A DNA stretch of 64,000 nt from positions 24,428,001 to 24,492,000 of the forward strand of contig CM060731.1 of assembly GCA_030704615.1 (NCBI GenBank). The letters are read 5' to 3'. Made by a program: the position numbers and the translations under genes. This DNA comes from Takakia lepidozioides. Taxonomy: Eukaryota; Plantae; Bryophyta. Positions 1 through 14,198 of the stretch are shown in pieces (the first letter of the stretch is position 1; each line of letters opens with the position of its first letter). The notes beneath the pieces were generated by a model that was not told the DNA's origin, searched no databases, and saw nothing but the letters and a program-made list of their open reading frames with translations.

Positions 1-1324
1 GCAAAGTAGTTTGCGCGACAACAGACTGATTTCTAACAGACTAATATCCCAAAAGACAAAGTATCCCCTAGGCGGCCGGGTGATACAGAAGTAAACCGTA
101 AACCGCACTTTTTTGTCTGAGTTCGGACGCGGCGCGAGATCACTGGCGCCCCTTCCCACCGTCGTTGCATTAATAGGTCCAGCAGACTTACACGTGATTA
201 TAATGACGACTCAACAGACCCAGCGCAAATAGACTTGCGCCACAGTAGACTGAGTTTGTGACAGTCCAGCTGACTGATATCAGCAGAGTGATGGGATATC
301 AGTCCGGTCTGCTGGACTGTTGGTCTGTAAGGATACAAGTCTGGTGTGGCACGAGTCTGTTCTTCACTGGACTACTGGGCTGTCACTGCCTGCCGAATTC
401 CGAAGTGTCTTCTTTCGTCTTATCCCCAAAGTCTCTTCTCTCGTCAGTCTGTTGAACCGTCGGTCAGCTGGAAGTCCGTCTCTTCGGATATGAATCTGTT
501 TAACTACTACCTTTTAATTATCCGCATTGCCGTGAGTCTGCTGAGCCGTCGGACTGCTGAACCACGCTTGGTGTCGCCGTCATGCCGTGGTTGCATTTCA
601 TCCGTCCAACAGACTTGCATATGCCTATACTCATGGCACAACACACTGCTTAACAATTTTTCCACATATCGTCCTAAAAAATAAGCACGTCAGCACAAAA
701 CGAAGGCGAAAATAGTGGAAGCATATGCACGATGGTGGCTGTAGAGCCCCGCCAGCCCTCTCATGTTCAGGCACACCCTTCATCGTCATTAAAATCGCCA
801 TAAACAAGAAGAACAGCCGCATGCGTGCAAAGTCACCTCCGCAACATTGGACAACAAAGAGCCGCAAGAACAAGACAACAAGAACGAGTGGGCAAGTTCG
901 TGGCAAGATGTTATGATCTTCCATGCCCTAAACATGGATGGCGCGGATGGGTTTCTCAGAATGGACGATCCAGATCCTTCGGCCAGCGCGGGCTGGCAGA
1001 CTGGCAGACTGGGGCCAGGAGACGGGCACAACGGATTGTTGGGTGGACTTGCGGGGACTGGCACAGCGGACTGGCGTGCACAGCAGACTGGCCGGCAGAC
1101 TGGCGGTTTGGCGGACTGAGGGGAACTGGACTCGCGGTCAGCGGACTGGCGGGCGGACTGGCCGCGCCGGACTGGGGGCGCGGCGGAGCGCAGGCGCGAC
1201 TAGGGGGGGGGGGGACGGCAGCAACTGGGCAACCGCGCGCAGCCGGGGGGGGGGGGGGGGGTCCCCGGTGGGGGGAGCTGGGCGTCCATCCACCGGTCAA
1301 CTCGCGCATGCGCCACAACGTCCC
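1..1324. mobile_element. Non-coding transposon relic, probably a non-autonomous DNA element; left end lies outside the window
   Basis: 289-555 is a close copy of 28413-28653. Dense CAGACT/CGGACT motifs, GCGGACTGG-type short repeats (~990-1180) and poly-G runs. Right boundary is approximate. Confidence 0.5.
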
Positions 1325-1692
1325 AATTATTGTAAAATGAGAGGCGGAACAAATTGGTCACAAAAGATGAGAAGATGTCCAAGTACTTCTTCTTCGAGGG
1401 TACCGACTATAAGGACCTACAAGTCTAGGATTGGCTCAAAACTGACCCCAAAAGTATGGTGGAGTTGGCAAGCATAGAGAGAGAAGACGTCGGCTTTGGC
1501 TGGCATAACTAATAAGAGCCCACTTCGCCTACCCCTTTCTGGGGTGGGCCCTGTTTGGCAAGCATACTTGGAGATGAATGACCAGCCCACGAAAAACCAG
1601 ACTCAAGATTCGAAGGTTTGGTCTATCTCACCTTCACAGTGCCATCGTGAAGAATGCTCTAAAAAGGCTGTTGGTAATGGTGGAAGCCCTAG

Positions 1693-4345
1693 ATGCGATT
1701 ACTATCTTTGCAACGGTTGGCAAGTCCTGCCTTCTCAATCAAGAGCCGAGGGATCAGCAGCCCAACTGTTAGGTGGGCCTGCCGGTTGGGAACTAAGAGT
1801 TTTGAATCATGCAGGATAATGGCGTTGGATAGGCCACAGTTTGGTGTTGAATATCGGACCGGCGGTAGGCACAGCACCTCCACTTGTGAAAGACGATCAA
1901 GAGAGGGAGGTAAGAACAATTCTGGCACTGGGGGGTATGTGAGGACGCAATGTAATGCAGGATGGCAGAAAGAGGCACTGCACATTCGGAACTATGGAGG
2001 CATTTGGCCAGACTCCAATGCTTATGTCCGTGTCTTGCAAGAGTGCATCAACATGAAGGACCTAGCGGAGGGGAAACAGGTGCACGCCCACATTATCCAA
2101 AGTGGATGCCAGCCAAACACCTATCTGCTGAACACCCTTATGAACATGTATGTCAAGTGTGGGAGTGTGGTGGATGCACGGCAGGTGTTTGACAAAATGC
2201 CTGAACGAGATATGTTTTCGTGGAATATAATGATAGCAGGATATGCGAAGCGTAATTGTGCTAGGGAGGCTTGCGTGCTCTATCAACAAATGCAGCGGGA
2301 TGGGGTGACACCAAACAGGGTCTCGTTCGTTTGCTTGCTGCATGCGTGTGCCAGCTTAGGTGCTCTCAAACAGGGAAAAGAGGTGCATGCTGACATCATC
2401 AGAAGTGGAATTGTGCCAGGGATCATTCTGGAGACTGCCCTTGTTGACATGTATGCCAAATGTGGGAGCATGAAGGATGCACGTGAAGTGTTTGACAAAA
2501 TGGCTAGACGAAATGTGGTCTCATGGAGTGCGCTGATCTCAGGATATGCTCAGCATGGGTATGGTAAGAAGGCTTTTGAAATCTATGAGCAAATGCAACG
2601 GGAAGGGGTGACTCCCAATAGAGTTACCTTCATTTCTGTTCTCAATGCATGTGCCAGCCTAAGATCTGTGGAAAAGGGCAAAGAGATCCATGCTGAGATT
2701 CTTGACTCTGGAATTTCGTCATACATTAATCTGGAGAATGCCCTTGTTAGAATGTATGGAGAGTGTGGGAGTGTGAAGGATGCACGACAAGTCTTCGACA
2801 GTATGGCTCAACGAAATGTGGTCTCATGGAATGCCATGATAACAGCTTATGTTCAGCATGGGTGTGGTAGGGAGGCTTTAAGGATCTTTGAGGGAATGCA
2901 GCAGGAAAGGGTGGCACCAGACAGGATCACATTTTCTTGCGTTCTGAATGCATGTGCCAGCCTAGGAGCCCTGGAAAAGGGCAAAGAGCTCCATGCGGAT
3001 ATCATGAAAGGTGGAGTTGCACCAGATATCATTCTGCAGAATACCCTTGTTGACATGTATGCGAAATGTGGGAGCATGAATGATGCACGTGAAGTGTTGG
3101 ATAATATGACTGAACGAGATGTTGTCTCATGGAGTGCGACAATAGCAGGATATGCTCAGTGTGGAAGTGGTAGGGAGGCTTTCGAAATCTATGAGCAAAT
3201 GCAACGGGAAATGGTGAGGCCTGACAGGGTTGCGTTCATTTGTGTTCTTAATGCTTGTGCCAGCTTAGGAGCCCTGGAAAAAGGCAAAGAGCTCCATTCT
3301 GATATAATGAGAGCTGGAATTGCATCATATACCAAGTTGGAGAATGCCCTTGTTAACATGTATGCAAAATGCGGGAGCGTAATGGATGCACGTAAAGTGT
3401 TCGACAATATGGCTGAAAGAGATGTGGTCTCATGGACTGCAATGATGGCAGGATATGCTCAGCATGGCTGCGGTAGGGAAGCTCTGCAATTGTTTGAACA
3501 AATGCAAGAGGAAGGCTTGAAGGTGGACGATATCGCATTTATATCTCTTCTCTCTGCATGTAGCCATGCCGGCCTAGTTGATGAAGGCTGTCATTACTTT
3601 GATTCCATGATTCGAGAACATGGGCTCCCACCTACAATGGAGCATTTTGGGTGCATGGTGGACCTTCTTGGCCGAGCAGGGCGATTGGATGAGGCAGAGG
3701 GCTTAATCCAGAAAATGCCAATTGAGCCGGATGCTTCGGTGTGGGGGGCCTTGCTTGGTGCCTGTAGAGTTCATGGTGAGGTTCAGATAGCAGAGCGTGC
3801 AGTAAATATTGTTCTTAAGATTGATCCACAACAGGTTCAAGCTTTTGTGCTGCTTTCAAACATCTATGCTGCGGCTGGCAGGTGGGCCGATAAAACAAAG
3901 GTGAGAAAAATGATGGAGGAAAGAGGTGTGAGAAAGGTGCCAGGACACAGCTGCATTGAGGTTGACAAGCTGGTGCACTCCTTGTATGGAGGAGACAAAT
4001 CACATCCCCAAGTCCAGGAAATCCATGCTGAGCTGAATAGATTGTCTGGGCAGATGAAGGAGGGTGGGTATGTGCCTGACACGCCCTCTGTATTGCATCA
4101 CTTTGAGGAGGAGCAAAGGGAGTTTTCTCTTTGCCACCACAGTGAGAAGTTGGCCATTGCATTTGGGCTTAAGCACTCCCCCTGGGACGCCTATCTGCAT
4201 CATCAAGAACCTGTGTGTGTGTGGTGACTGCCACACAGCCACCAAGATCATCTCAAAGATTGTGGGGTGGACAGTTGTTGTACGGGATGCCAACCGCTTT
4301 CACCACTTCCAAGATGAGGTTTGTTCTTGTGGGGATTACTGGTAA
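1693..4345 (+). CDS. PLS-class PPR protein with E/E+ and DYW deaminase domain (organellar C-to-U RNA editing factor); frameshift at ~4171
   Basis: Repeated L-S-P triplets (CGSVxDARxVFDKM, VSWxAMIxGYAQHG, [21 protein letters not shown]), PG box ([11 protein letters not shown]), SHP and [11 protein letters not shown] in ORF 1693-4227. [12 protein letters not shown]...CSCGDYW* continues in another frame (4064-4345). No introns. Confidence 0.93.
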
Positions 4346-6805
4346 GTGAACCACGCAACATGCGTGAGGAAGGTGGCATCCCTTCACACAATGCTGGAAA
4401 AGTCACAACATGTCTTTCCTTGAGGTAACTGCATGCAGCAATTGAGAGAATCTCTGATGTGCACCTTGTGAATCAAAAGTAGTCAATTTATTGTTCTTTT
4501 GTTCAAGCCAGCATGGAATCGAGGAGTTTCCAAATTCATACTATCAGCCATGGACGAAGGACAGTGATGAACCCACACCCATGCTCCAAACCCGAGCGTG
4601 GTGGATCCATAATCCACTGCCTCAATCCACTTGGCTACAAGATTGTCATGTTGAAGTCGTGCTCATCTCAACTGCCATATGTTGCAGGGGGCATTCACAG
4701 AAGGTAGCCAACATGGTTTCTTTTAGTTTCCAAGCAGGATGGATGAGGAGACTAAGATTGGAGAGGAATCAAGAAAATGAGCAGAGCAGAAGCAGGTTGC
4801 ACAATCGGGGAACTCATGTGAGTATACAACTTCATCCCTCTCCACATACACCAACATTCCTTCAAGAGTAAAAGGAAAAGTTTCAAATTGCTGCACCAAA
4901 AATTAGGGTTTCAGAAACAAGAAGCTCCTTTGTGCAAGGAAGAAGCAGGGCTATGGCCAGAGGGCGTCTCCTCTGACTCTCGCCCACGCTTGCAGCAATG
5001 GGGAGGAGGAGCAGAATGAAGTGCAAGACCAGTGTGGATCAAGTATCCAGGGGTTAAGGCAGGTTCAAAATAAACCCGGTTCTAAGCACGGGTATGAAAG
5101 AGTGGACCCTACTAGCCCGCACAATCTCACAGGTGTTGTGGTGCTTTGGCTGGACTGAGTAAGAGATCAGAGTATGAGGCATCCAAAGGTAGAGGGAGAG
5201 AGTGTCCTGCACATCAGTAGCGCCAGAGCTAAAGCTTGAGAAGAATTGAAGTCTGATAAATCTGATGCAGGTGGGAAGAGTCAAGGTAGAGAAAGAAAAC
5301 GAGATTCATGAAACTGGAACGGCTGCCTCTATCCATTTGTTGCAGACATGCCCAGGTGACTCAATCCCTGATGTTTGTCAGAAATGAGAGGAAATGGTAA
5401 CAGAAACAGTCGTCACCTGAGTGGATTTTATCTTCATTTTGGAGAATTTGGTTCTGATTGTCTACTGGCCTATTACTCCACTGCATAATCAGCCACTGGA
5501 AAGAGCTGGAACCAGGGCAAATATTTCCTCTTCAAATCTGACAGCGTCAGCAAGCAAGATCCATTAGGTTCCAAGCAATCATATATTATTCCTGGCACAT
5601 AGTGCACCTTTCTATAAAAATAGTCAAGTTAGCAGTGGACCTTATGTAATTGCAAGGGATTGGAAATTTGTAGTGGAGTCTTTGTTTTATGGCTGTTTTT
5701 CCAACATGATGGGACCATATTAAAAGTGTACATGAATAGGTCGAGAGCACCCCTGACATAGATTTGAATTGTGGCATGGCTGTCACTTCATGGCTCACGA
5801 TCGTAGTTATCTAGCTAAAGGAATGGCCTTGGCCCCTGCAGGCACATGCTGGGAGAGGATGTTTCAACATTAACAGTGCCCGACTTGCTGCAGCTGGAAC
5901 AGCAACTTGAGATGGGCGTTTCTCGAGTTCAAGATGTTCATTTGTGCTAGCTGGAGAAGACATAGTTCTATCTCTCTCACACACTCTCTGACCAGCCTCA
6001 TAACTACCCATCCTGGAAGGATGAGATCGACCGGGGGCCCAGCAAAGCACTGTGGCCTCGGTGTTGGCAGAGGATAGCAAAGAGGCTACGGCAAACAATG
6101 TCTTATGAGTACATTCTGATCAACCTCAGGCCACACAGCAAGTTGATGCTTGTGTGAAGGGCTTTCTAGAGGATATCTGGTGTCACCCTCTATATTGCTT
6201 AACTCCTTTTAGTCCATTTTAAACTTAGCCAAATTTGGATTTGGTCAAATTCAAGACCAAATGTGAGTTACACCAAGTGCAGTTACACTTTCCACAATGT
6301 AACCCAGTGTTACCCCAAGTAAACTTACACTCCCCACTATACAACCCCGACTAATGTTTACACTTTCTATGTGTGTTGAGCAGTAGGCTCTGTAAATTCA
6401 CTGGACGATAAAGAAACTTTATCTTTTATCTTATCTGTATAACTTGCTACCACCCGACTGAAGTTACACTCCCTTCAGTTCCATGTCACTTGAGGACGAT
6501 TCAATATGTCGGAGACCAGCCTACCGGCTTGTCAAAGATCACATGCATACATTAACTTCATACATCATTTTCAAGATTCTCCGTTTTATGTGTTGTTTTG
6601 TTTTTCTGTAATAATAGTTATTTTGGGTGTATTGACGATGTTGATATACATTTCAATTGTAACATAAATTTGTTTGATTTTATTGATGTGTAATTATAAT
6701 ATACCAATATATCTACATTTTTTAACTGTCCAAATTATGGACTATTGACAAAAATTCAATCTTAAGAGTTTTCATATTTCATTAGCTATTACCATTATCA
6801 TATTT

Positions 6806-9725
6806 ACTAGGGTAGCTTGTGCCATTGGCCCAAGTGTCCTGGGTCATGTCAGCCCAAGTGCAATCTCCTATGCATTCAAGTGCGTCTCCTATGTCTAGGC
6901 CCAAGTATGACCTCCATATATATATATATGACGCAGCTGAAGCCAGCGTAAATAAGAGCCTCTTCCCCGTGTGGGTACTCCCTTTCGGGGGTGGGCTCTA
7001 TGTATGACCTCCAGGGTAGCCTGTGCGGTTGGCCCAAGTGTCCAATGTCATCTAAGTCCAAGTGCATCAATATATGAAGCAAACCATATCTAATCATTTT
7101 TTTTCACAAAGCCTACGACCAGATTTGAACCGAAGACCTTTCCCTTGATATCTCTCATGTGGAGGCTCCCACCATTGTCCAAGGAATGCCTACTTTGCTA
7201 TTTTTCGTGAATTTCCAGCAACCCAAAGTACTTGGAATTCCACATCTCCCTCATCGCTTGTCCAAAAATCATGAGACCAAGCTCGTGCACCCCTCCTCAT
7301 CGAGGGCTTTCCAATGGCACCAAGCACCCGCGATGGGCCCTGCGGTTTGGGAGATCTCAACGACGCTACAAAACAAAACAAAACAAACATCTCACTTCAT
7401 AGATTGATAGGGTAGCCTCTGCCGTTGGCCCAAATGTCCAGTGTCATGTATGTCCAAGTGCAACCCTATGTATCAAAGTTCGTCTCCTATGTCGAGGCCC
7501 AAATGCAACCTCTAAGGTAGCCTGTGCCGTTGGCCCAAGGGTCCAGTGTCATCTAAGTCCAAGTGCAATCCCATGTGTATCTAGAGACCCTCCTGTTTGG
7601 GAGATCTAGGCCTAGGGTAGCCTGCGCCATTGGCCCATGTGTTAAGAATTGAAATCTAAGTCCAAGTGCAATCCCCTATGTACTCAAGTAGCGTCTCATA
7701 TGTCAAGGTCCATTTGTGAAGAATTGAAATCTAAGCCCAAGTGCAATTGCTTATGTATCCAAGTGGGTCTTTATGTCGAGGCCCAAGTGCGACCTCTAGT
7801 GTAGCCTATGCCGTTGGCCCATGTGTGAAGAATTGAAATCTAAGCCAAGTGCAATCTTTCTATTCATGTATCCAAGTGCATCTCCCATGTAAAGGCCCAA
7901 GTGTCTAGTGTCATCTAAGTCCAAGTGCAATCCCATATCTAATCATTTTTTTTTCTAGGGTAGCCTGTGTCGTTGGCCCAAGTGTCCACTGTCATCTAAG
8001 TCCAAGTGCATCAAAGTGCGTCTCCTATGTGGAGGCCCAAATGCAACCTCTAGGGCTTTTGCCGTTGGCCCAAGTGTCCAATGTCATCTAAGTAAGTTTT
8101 TTTCCACAAAGCCTATGACCAGATTTGAACCGGAGACCTATCCCTTGATATCTCTCCCGTCGAGGCTCCAACCATTGTCCCAAGAATGCCCACTTTGCCA
8201 TTTTTGCTATCTTTTGTGAATTTCCAGCGACCAAAAGTACTTGGAATTCCACATCTCCCACACCGCACGTCCAAAAATCATGAGACCAAGCCCGTGCAAC
8301 CCTCCTCGTCGAGGGCTTTCCAATGGGACCAAGCACCGAGGGCTGGGGCCTCGCGGTTTGGGACATCTCAACGTGATAAAACAAAACAAACGTCTCGATT
8401 CATATATTGATGCGTACTATCATAAAACACTAGGGTAGCATGTGCCGTTGGCCCAAGTGTCCAGGGTCATGTAAGCCCAAGTGCAATCTCCTATGCATTC
8501 AAATGTGTCTCTTATGTCTAGGCCCAAGTATGACCTCCAGGTACCCTGTGCTGTTGGCCCAAGTGTCCAGTGTCATCTAAGCCCAAGTGTAAGATATTCT
8601 ATGTATCCCACTTCGTCTCCTATATCGAGGCCCAAGTGCAACCTCTAGTATACCCTATGCCGTTGGCCCATGTGTGAAAAATTGAAACCTAAAACCAAGT
8701 GCAATTTCCTATGTATCCAAGTGCGTCTCCTATATCGAGGCCCATCTAAGCCTAAATGCAATCTTCTATTCATGTATCCAAGTGCATTTCCCATGTAGAG
8801 GCCCAAGTGTCCAATGTCATTTAAAATCTCATATGTATCCAAGTACGTCGCCCATGTCAAAGGCCCCATTTATTCTTTTCCATGAATTTATTGAGTACTA
8901 ATATATCAATGTATCTCCTGTTGAGGCTCCAATCGTTGTTCCAGGAAATCCCACTTTCAAGCTATTTTTGGGAATTTCCAGCGACCAAAAGCACTTGAAA
9001 TTCCAAATCTGCCACATGATGGGCCAATCATAACTCCAGGAAAGCCCACTTTGCTAATTTTTTTCGAATTTCCAGCAAGCCAAAGCACTTGAAATTCCAT
9101 ATCTCCCACACCGCCGGTCCAAAAATCATGAGACCAAGCCGGTGCACCCCTCCTCATCGAGGGCTTTCCAACGGCACCAAGCACCGAGGTTGGGCCCCGC
9201 GGTTTGGGAGATCTCAACGACACTACATAACAAAACAAAACAAAACAAAACAAACGTCTCGCTTCATATATTGACTAGGGTAGCTTGTGCCGTTGGCCCA
9301 GTCATCATCTAAGTCCAAGTGCAATCCCCTATGTATCCAAGTGCGTCTCCTATATCGAGGCCCAAATGCGACCTCTAGGGCAGCCTGTGCCGTTGGCCCA
9401 AGTGTCCAGTGTCATCTAAGTCCAAGTGCAATCCCCTATGTATCAAAGTGTGTTTCGTATGTCGAGGCCCAAATGCAACCTCTAGGGTAGCCTTCGCCGT
9501 TGGCCCAAGTGTCCAATGTCATCTAAGCCCATCTGCAATCTCCTATGTATCCGAGTGTGTATCCTATGTCGAGGTCCAAGTCGACCTCTACGGTAGCATG
9601 TGCCGTTGGCCCAAGTGCCTAGTATCATCTAAGTCCAAGAGCATCAATATATGAAGCAAGCCATATCCAATCATGTTTTTTCCACAGAGCCTACGATCAG
9701 ATTTGAACCGGAGACCTTTCCTTTG
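6806..9725 (-). repeat. Complex tandem satellite of ~105-bp units carrying Helitron-like 3' ends, interspersed with three ~300-bp units
   Basis: Recurrent CTAGGGTAGCCTGTGCCGTTGGCCCAAGTGTCCAGTGTCATCTAAGTCCAAGTGCAATC. The longer unit (...AAAAATCATGAGACCAAG...GAGGGCTTTCCAA...AAAACAAAACAAAC) occurs at ~7100-7410, ~8100-8415 and ~8920-9275. Confidence 0.8.
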
Positions 9726-12512
9726 ATACCTCCAAGTGTTATCCCCTATATCGGCCAACCGCTTCCCACAACCACACCAGGAAGCATACTAAAAAACACG
9801 AGCTATGAACTGAGGGGGACTTGAACCCCCTGATCTGCCCATTGTGCAGACAGGCCCCCCTCCCAAAAAAAAATCGCAGCAAGCATCACCCCAAGCCAAG
9901 AAACCTCCCTAGCAAGCTGCCATGTCCCTCTTCCCCTTCCCCAAACCCCCCAATGGTCAGCCCAAAACCGCCCCCCCAAATGCTTAGCCCAAAAACAAGC
10001 ACCCAAAGCAACCCCCCCCCCCCCCAAACCCAAAATGAAACAACCAAAACCCCCACTCCTACCACCATTAGCCCCAAACACATCCCACGCCACCCTCAAT
10101 CGCCAACACCCTGCCACACACCTAGCACATCCACACACGCACTCCACAGCCGCCAAGAGCACACCTGCCCGCCCACCAACAGCCTATTGAACACCCAATG
10201 CACAAACAGATCACCAACACAACAAGCCCAAAGAGAATCCAAGGTATGCAGCAGTCACCCCCTGCTCCTCAACAGCGGCACATGAGCTCCCAAAAAAATG
10301 AAACCAACCAATCCTACGCAACTCTCTCAGTCTATGCGTTTTGCATATCGTATCGTGAGTGCTACGATTGTCTACTTGTAATCGAGCTTTTTGCCCCGCC
10401 AGCTGCCACTTGATTGGGCCACGTGCCTGACGTTTCGCGCGTGCCGGGAGTCCGTCGCTGTCCGCACGGGCGGACATGCAACCCCCGCTGTCACCCGTTG
10501 CCGGCAAACGCGCACCCCCCGCCCAATCCTGCCTGCCACGTCTGCCAGTCAACCTGCTAGCGGGCCCAAAACCACAGGATTTTGGGTACCCCTCCAGATT
10601 CCAAAAAATCCTGACGGCGGGGGATTAGATTTTTTAGGGTGCGATCAACACAGAGGGCCGTAAATATTTATGGGCTACACTTTTTGTTCAGGAATCATTT
10701 TCATCCGACATGATCTGCGCATTTATCATCCAATCGAAATTGTCGCCTCGTCCTTGAGGGGTTAATGTACATTGGTTGGTGGGGTCCATGTATGCTTGGC
10801 AGATGTGACGTGCGGGAGGCAGATTTAAGGCGGGGCCTGTAGCAATTCTACCAAGCTAAGGCAACGGTGGAGCAATCTGCGCGGCCTTTTAATTAGGACC
10901 CCGCCACGCTAGATTGCTGTTTTTGGGTAGGTACCGTGTGACACCGTGGACACAACAAAGTGTTAATCATTTTAAAGAAACACTTCAAATCCATCATCCC
11001 CAAACAATGGAAAGTCAATTAACCCAAAATGCTCCTGATTCCATTTACTCCCTCCATGGGGAGTACATTCTGAATCTGAATATTTTGAACGCATGGTTAT
11101 TAACGCAAAATACAATGGTTTATGGGGAGATTTTAGTCTGATTTTTTGGTTGTCTAATTTTCTTCAACGACCAACACATGTACGGTCACGTAGAAATGTC
11201 AAAGTTATGATAATATGTGGTTCTGAATTCCAACTTGAACCATTCCATTTAGCATTTGATGATATTAGTCCACGATTGCATTTCAAACCAATTATTTTAT
11301 CACCACAAACACAAAAGATTACTCAATCACCAATCCAAAATTTTGAAAAAACAAAATCTTCACAAATCCAAACCTTCAAATTAAAAGCCACCAACTCTCA
11401 AACTCATATTCAAGGTTACAAAACGAACTTCTTGATTTTCTTGAACCAAATAAAAATTGTATTAAAATACATTTGTCAATCGAGCTAAAACAGCCCAAAT
11501 CGTAAGAATCTCCCTCACTATTACCCAAGTAGTTTGTCATTTGCGATATATAGGAAAAAAAAAAAAAAGGCAATGATCTCTTTAAATCCTCAAATGCAAG
11601 GCTTGAATTGCCTGATGTTGTCACTTTGACCATAAAACCTCCCAAAATCTTTAATTCAACTAGGTTCAAATGGACAAATGGATATAATAATTACTTAAAT
11701 GTTATTTTACAAAAAAATGAAAGTTTTTGAGGTTGCTTTATTATTTCATGAAAACAATAGACAACTCAATCTGTCACTAAAACAAGTTGAAAAATACGTC
11801 ATATATATGCCTACACAACAGTGTTTTTCTTTCTGGCAAAAAATCGCCAGATTTCGACATGGAAACTCGGTCAGCTACTTGTATAAAGGAATTATGGGGG
11901 GTAAAATCCGAGATTTTTGCCGGGAGATAAATTTCAGGAGCCTAATCTTGCTGACGTGGACCAATGAAAATGTGACACCTGGAATATAGCCACTTTTCTA
12001 ACTTTGTCACCTCGATATTCTCGCCACATGGGCACTGGGTGGAATCCACAAGTGACCCCGCCAGCGATTTTGGAAATATGAAAAACAAATCATTGCTACA
12101 CAACAAAAGAAAGATACTAATGTTTATAATACTAATGATCACCAACAAACATGTATTTTTAAGTGGATGTCAGTAATGACATTAAATTGTTAAAAGTATC
12201 AAACAACCATAGTATTCTACTACCATGTGCTATAACTAATATGTTTTATAATGCAAATAAACATTTCAAACTAAATCCTGAACAAAACATATACTAAATT
12301 TTCACCTAAAAGTATTATAATACAAAAACATGACTAAGTACAATAAATATATTGAAACATGTTTCAATTCTATCAATATACGCAAGTATCCATGTCTTTG
12401 TCGTGAAAAACTTTGCTTTTGAAACAAATAAAAATGGCTATTTCGCAGTAAAATAGTTTCAAGACGATGAAAACCTTTTATACAAAGTTTCACAATTTAT
12501 GTGTAACAATAT

Positions 12513-12770
12513 TTGTATTACATCATTGCTATTTCAACTATTAATCTAGAGGAACGACTTGTAGCGCCACAATTAGCATTTGCTCAAATATCCCAATTAC
12601 AAGGTTTTGGGCAGTACGCATTGCATGGAAGCATTATAAATGTAATAGTAAATATTGATCTTACTCAAACATTTTTACCACGATTACCACATGATGAAGC
12701 AACTGGACTCACTATTTATTTGAAACAAAAATTAGAATATAAATCACAGATAATGTTAGACCAAATCTAG
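12513..12770 (+). pseudogene. Fragment of Helitron/Helentron RepHel N-terminal region (DUF6570-like)
   Basis: LEERLVAPQLAFAQISQLQGFGQYALHGSIINV...LPRLPHDEATGLTIYLKQKLEYKS resembles the LEERLI..QI..L...GQY.L.G.VVNVP...LPR...LKRKL pattern. AT-rich and degraded. Confidence 0.6.
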
Positions 12771-13199
12771 TCATGCGAGCTTTATATGACATTTGTCAAG
12801 TACGATTATATAAAGAGGCAAACACCACAATCAAGACAATGGCCTGATATGTTTGAGATGGCTAATATAGTACAAAAAAATGAGCAATTCATTGAAGAAA
12901 TGAGCCACTTATAATTAAAGTAAATGATATTTTTGAAAACATTACAGCAAATTTTCCATCAGATACACTTATCCAATCTACAACTTATACACTTATCCGC
13001 TAAATAGAACCTCTTTACGATTTTTGATAGAAGACCAAGATATCTTGTAAGCTTCTTGAATTGAATTCCCACTAAAAAACTTATCCTGGGAAAAAGAATA
13101 CACTGCCAGTAGACTGTAATCGATCGGATGACTGGAATCGCACGCCTTCAACTGCTGCTCCTTGCAGGTACCCTAGTCGTATAAACTCCTGAGCGCTTT

Positions 13200-14198
13200 G
13201 GCTTCATGGACGTCGCAGACTCTTCCATTTACGGGCCATACCAGTAGCTGTGTCGACGTTTTCACCGTTTCTGTAACAAATGGTCATGATTCTGCACTGT
13301 CTACGTACAATTCGGCTCTCTTGGCTCAAAAACTCTCAAAAAACAATCCGCGCAATAATTTATGCACCTACAGGCAGCCATGTACAATTGTCCTTGCACT
13401 ATCATTTTTCTCCCTGCTTGTTCACTCTTAAGCATCTGAGTTGTGAGTCTCTTAATTATTTCCATTTTCAGCTTCTCTATTTCTTTCACACCATCGCCGA
13501 AGTCTTTGATGGCATCTGCAATTGTAGAAGATCCTATATACAAACGCCTCTTCTTTTTCTCTGCATTCCCAGAGGGCTTTCTCTGCACACTATGGAACTT
13601 GCAAGCTTAGGTCCTTGGTGAATTAGCCGAAGCACACTGCTTAGGTGCAATATCCTCTTACCTTTATAAAAAACAAGAGTTTTGCATTCACTAGGAGATT
13701 CTAGGGATTTGTCCACAGTCTCCCACCGTTTCCCTAAGGTGCCAGAACTATTTGTACATGATTTGGAGGAGCTTGGTCTTCTTGCAAATGGTTTGGAGGA
13801 GCTTGAAGAGCTTACACATTATTTTGTACACCTTGATGAGAGGAAGAAAAAGACCCTTCAACTCCATCTAAAAAGTAATCCAAGAAAGAATTGGAAAGAG
13901 AGTCTTCCATGATGCTCTACTGTAGACAAAGCATACACTTAAGAAATTAAAACCCTAACAAGTATGTTACGGGGAATCACGTGGCAGGTCTTGTGCAGGT
14001 TGTTACAACAAGTGCAAGACGACCTAGCTACATTTTTTACTCTGTAAAACTGGTTTTATTGTGCTAGATGAAAATAAAAGTCATTTTACCTATGGCAAAG
14101 CGAATTTGTGGGGCGAAGTAATCTTGGTGTCACTTCCCCACGATCGCCCCCTTGACAAGGCGAATTCGCCACTTTCCTTGCTCATGTGCACGGCCCTT
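13200..14198 (-). mobile_element. Possible PIF/Harbinger relic (accessory-ORF fragment plus terminal sequence)
   Basis: ORF 13301-13588 (KKKRR...IADAIKDF...EIEKLKME...) resembles the C-terminal coiled region of Harbinger Myb-like ORFs. Ends in ...ATGTGCACGGCCCT, which is TIR-like. No partner TIR found. Confidence 0.35.

Noticed and set aside
825-1477. Gly/Arg-rich ORFs
   Set aside because: Products of GC-rich repeats and poly-G runs in several frames.
9803-10663. Pro/Gly-rich ORFs in a C/A-rich tract
   Set aside because: Low-complexity sequence with no recognisable domain; termini of a possible element could not be defined.
11819-12037. hAT-like MITE (CAGTG...CACTG)
   Set aside because: Only 5-bp terminal match and no 8-bp TSD.
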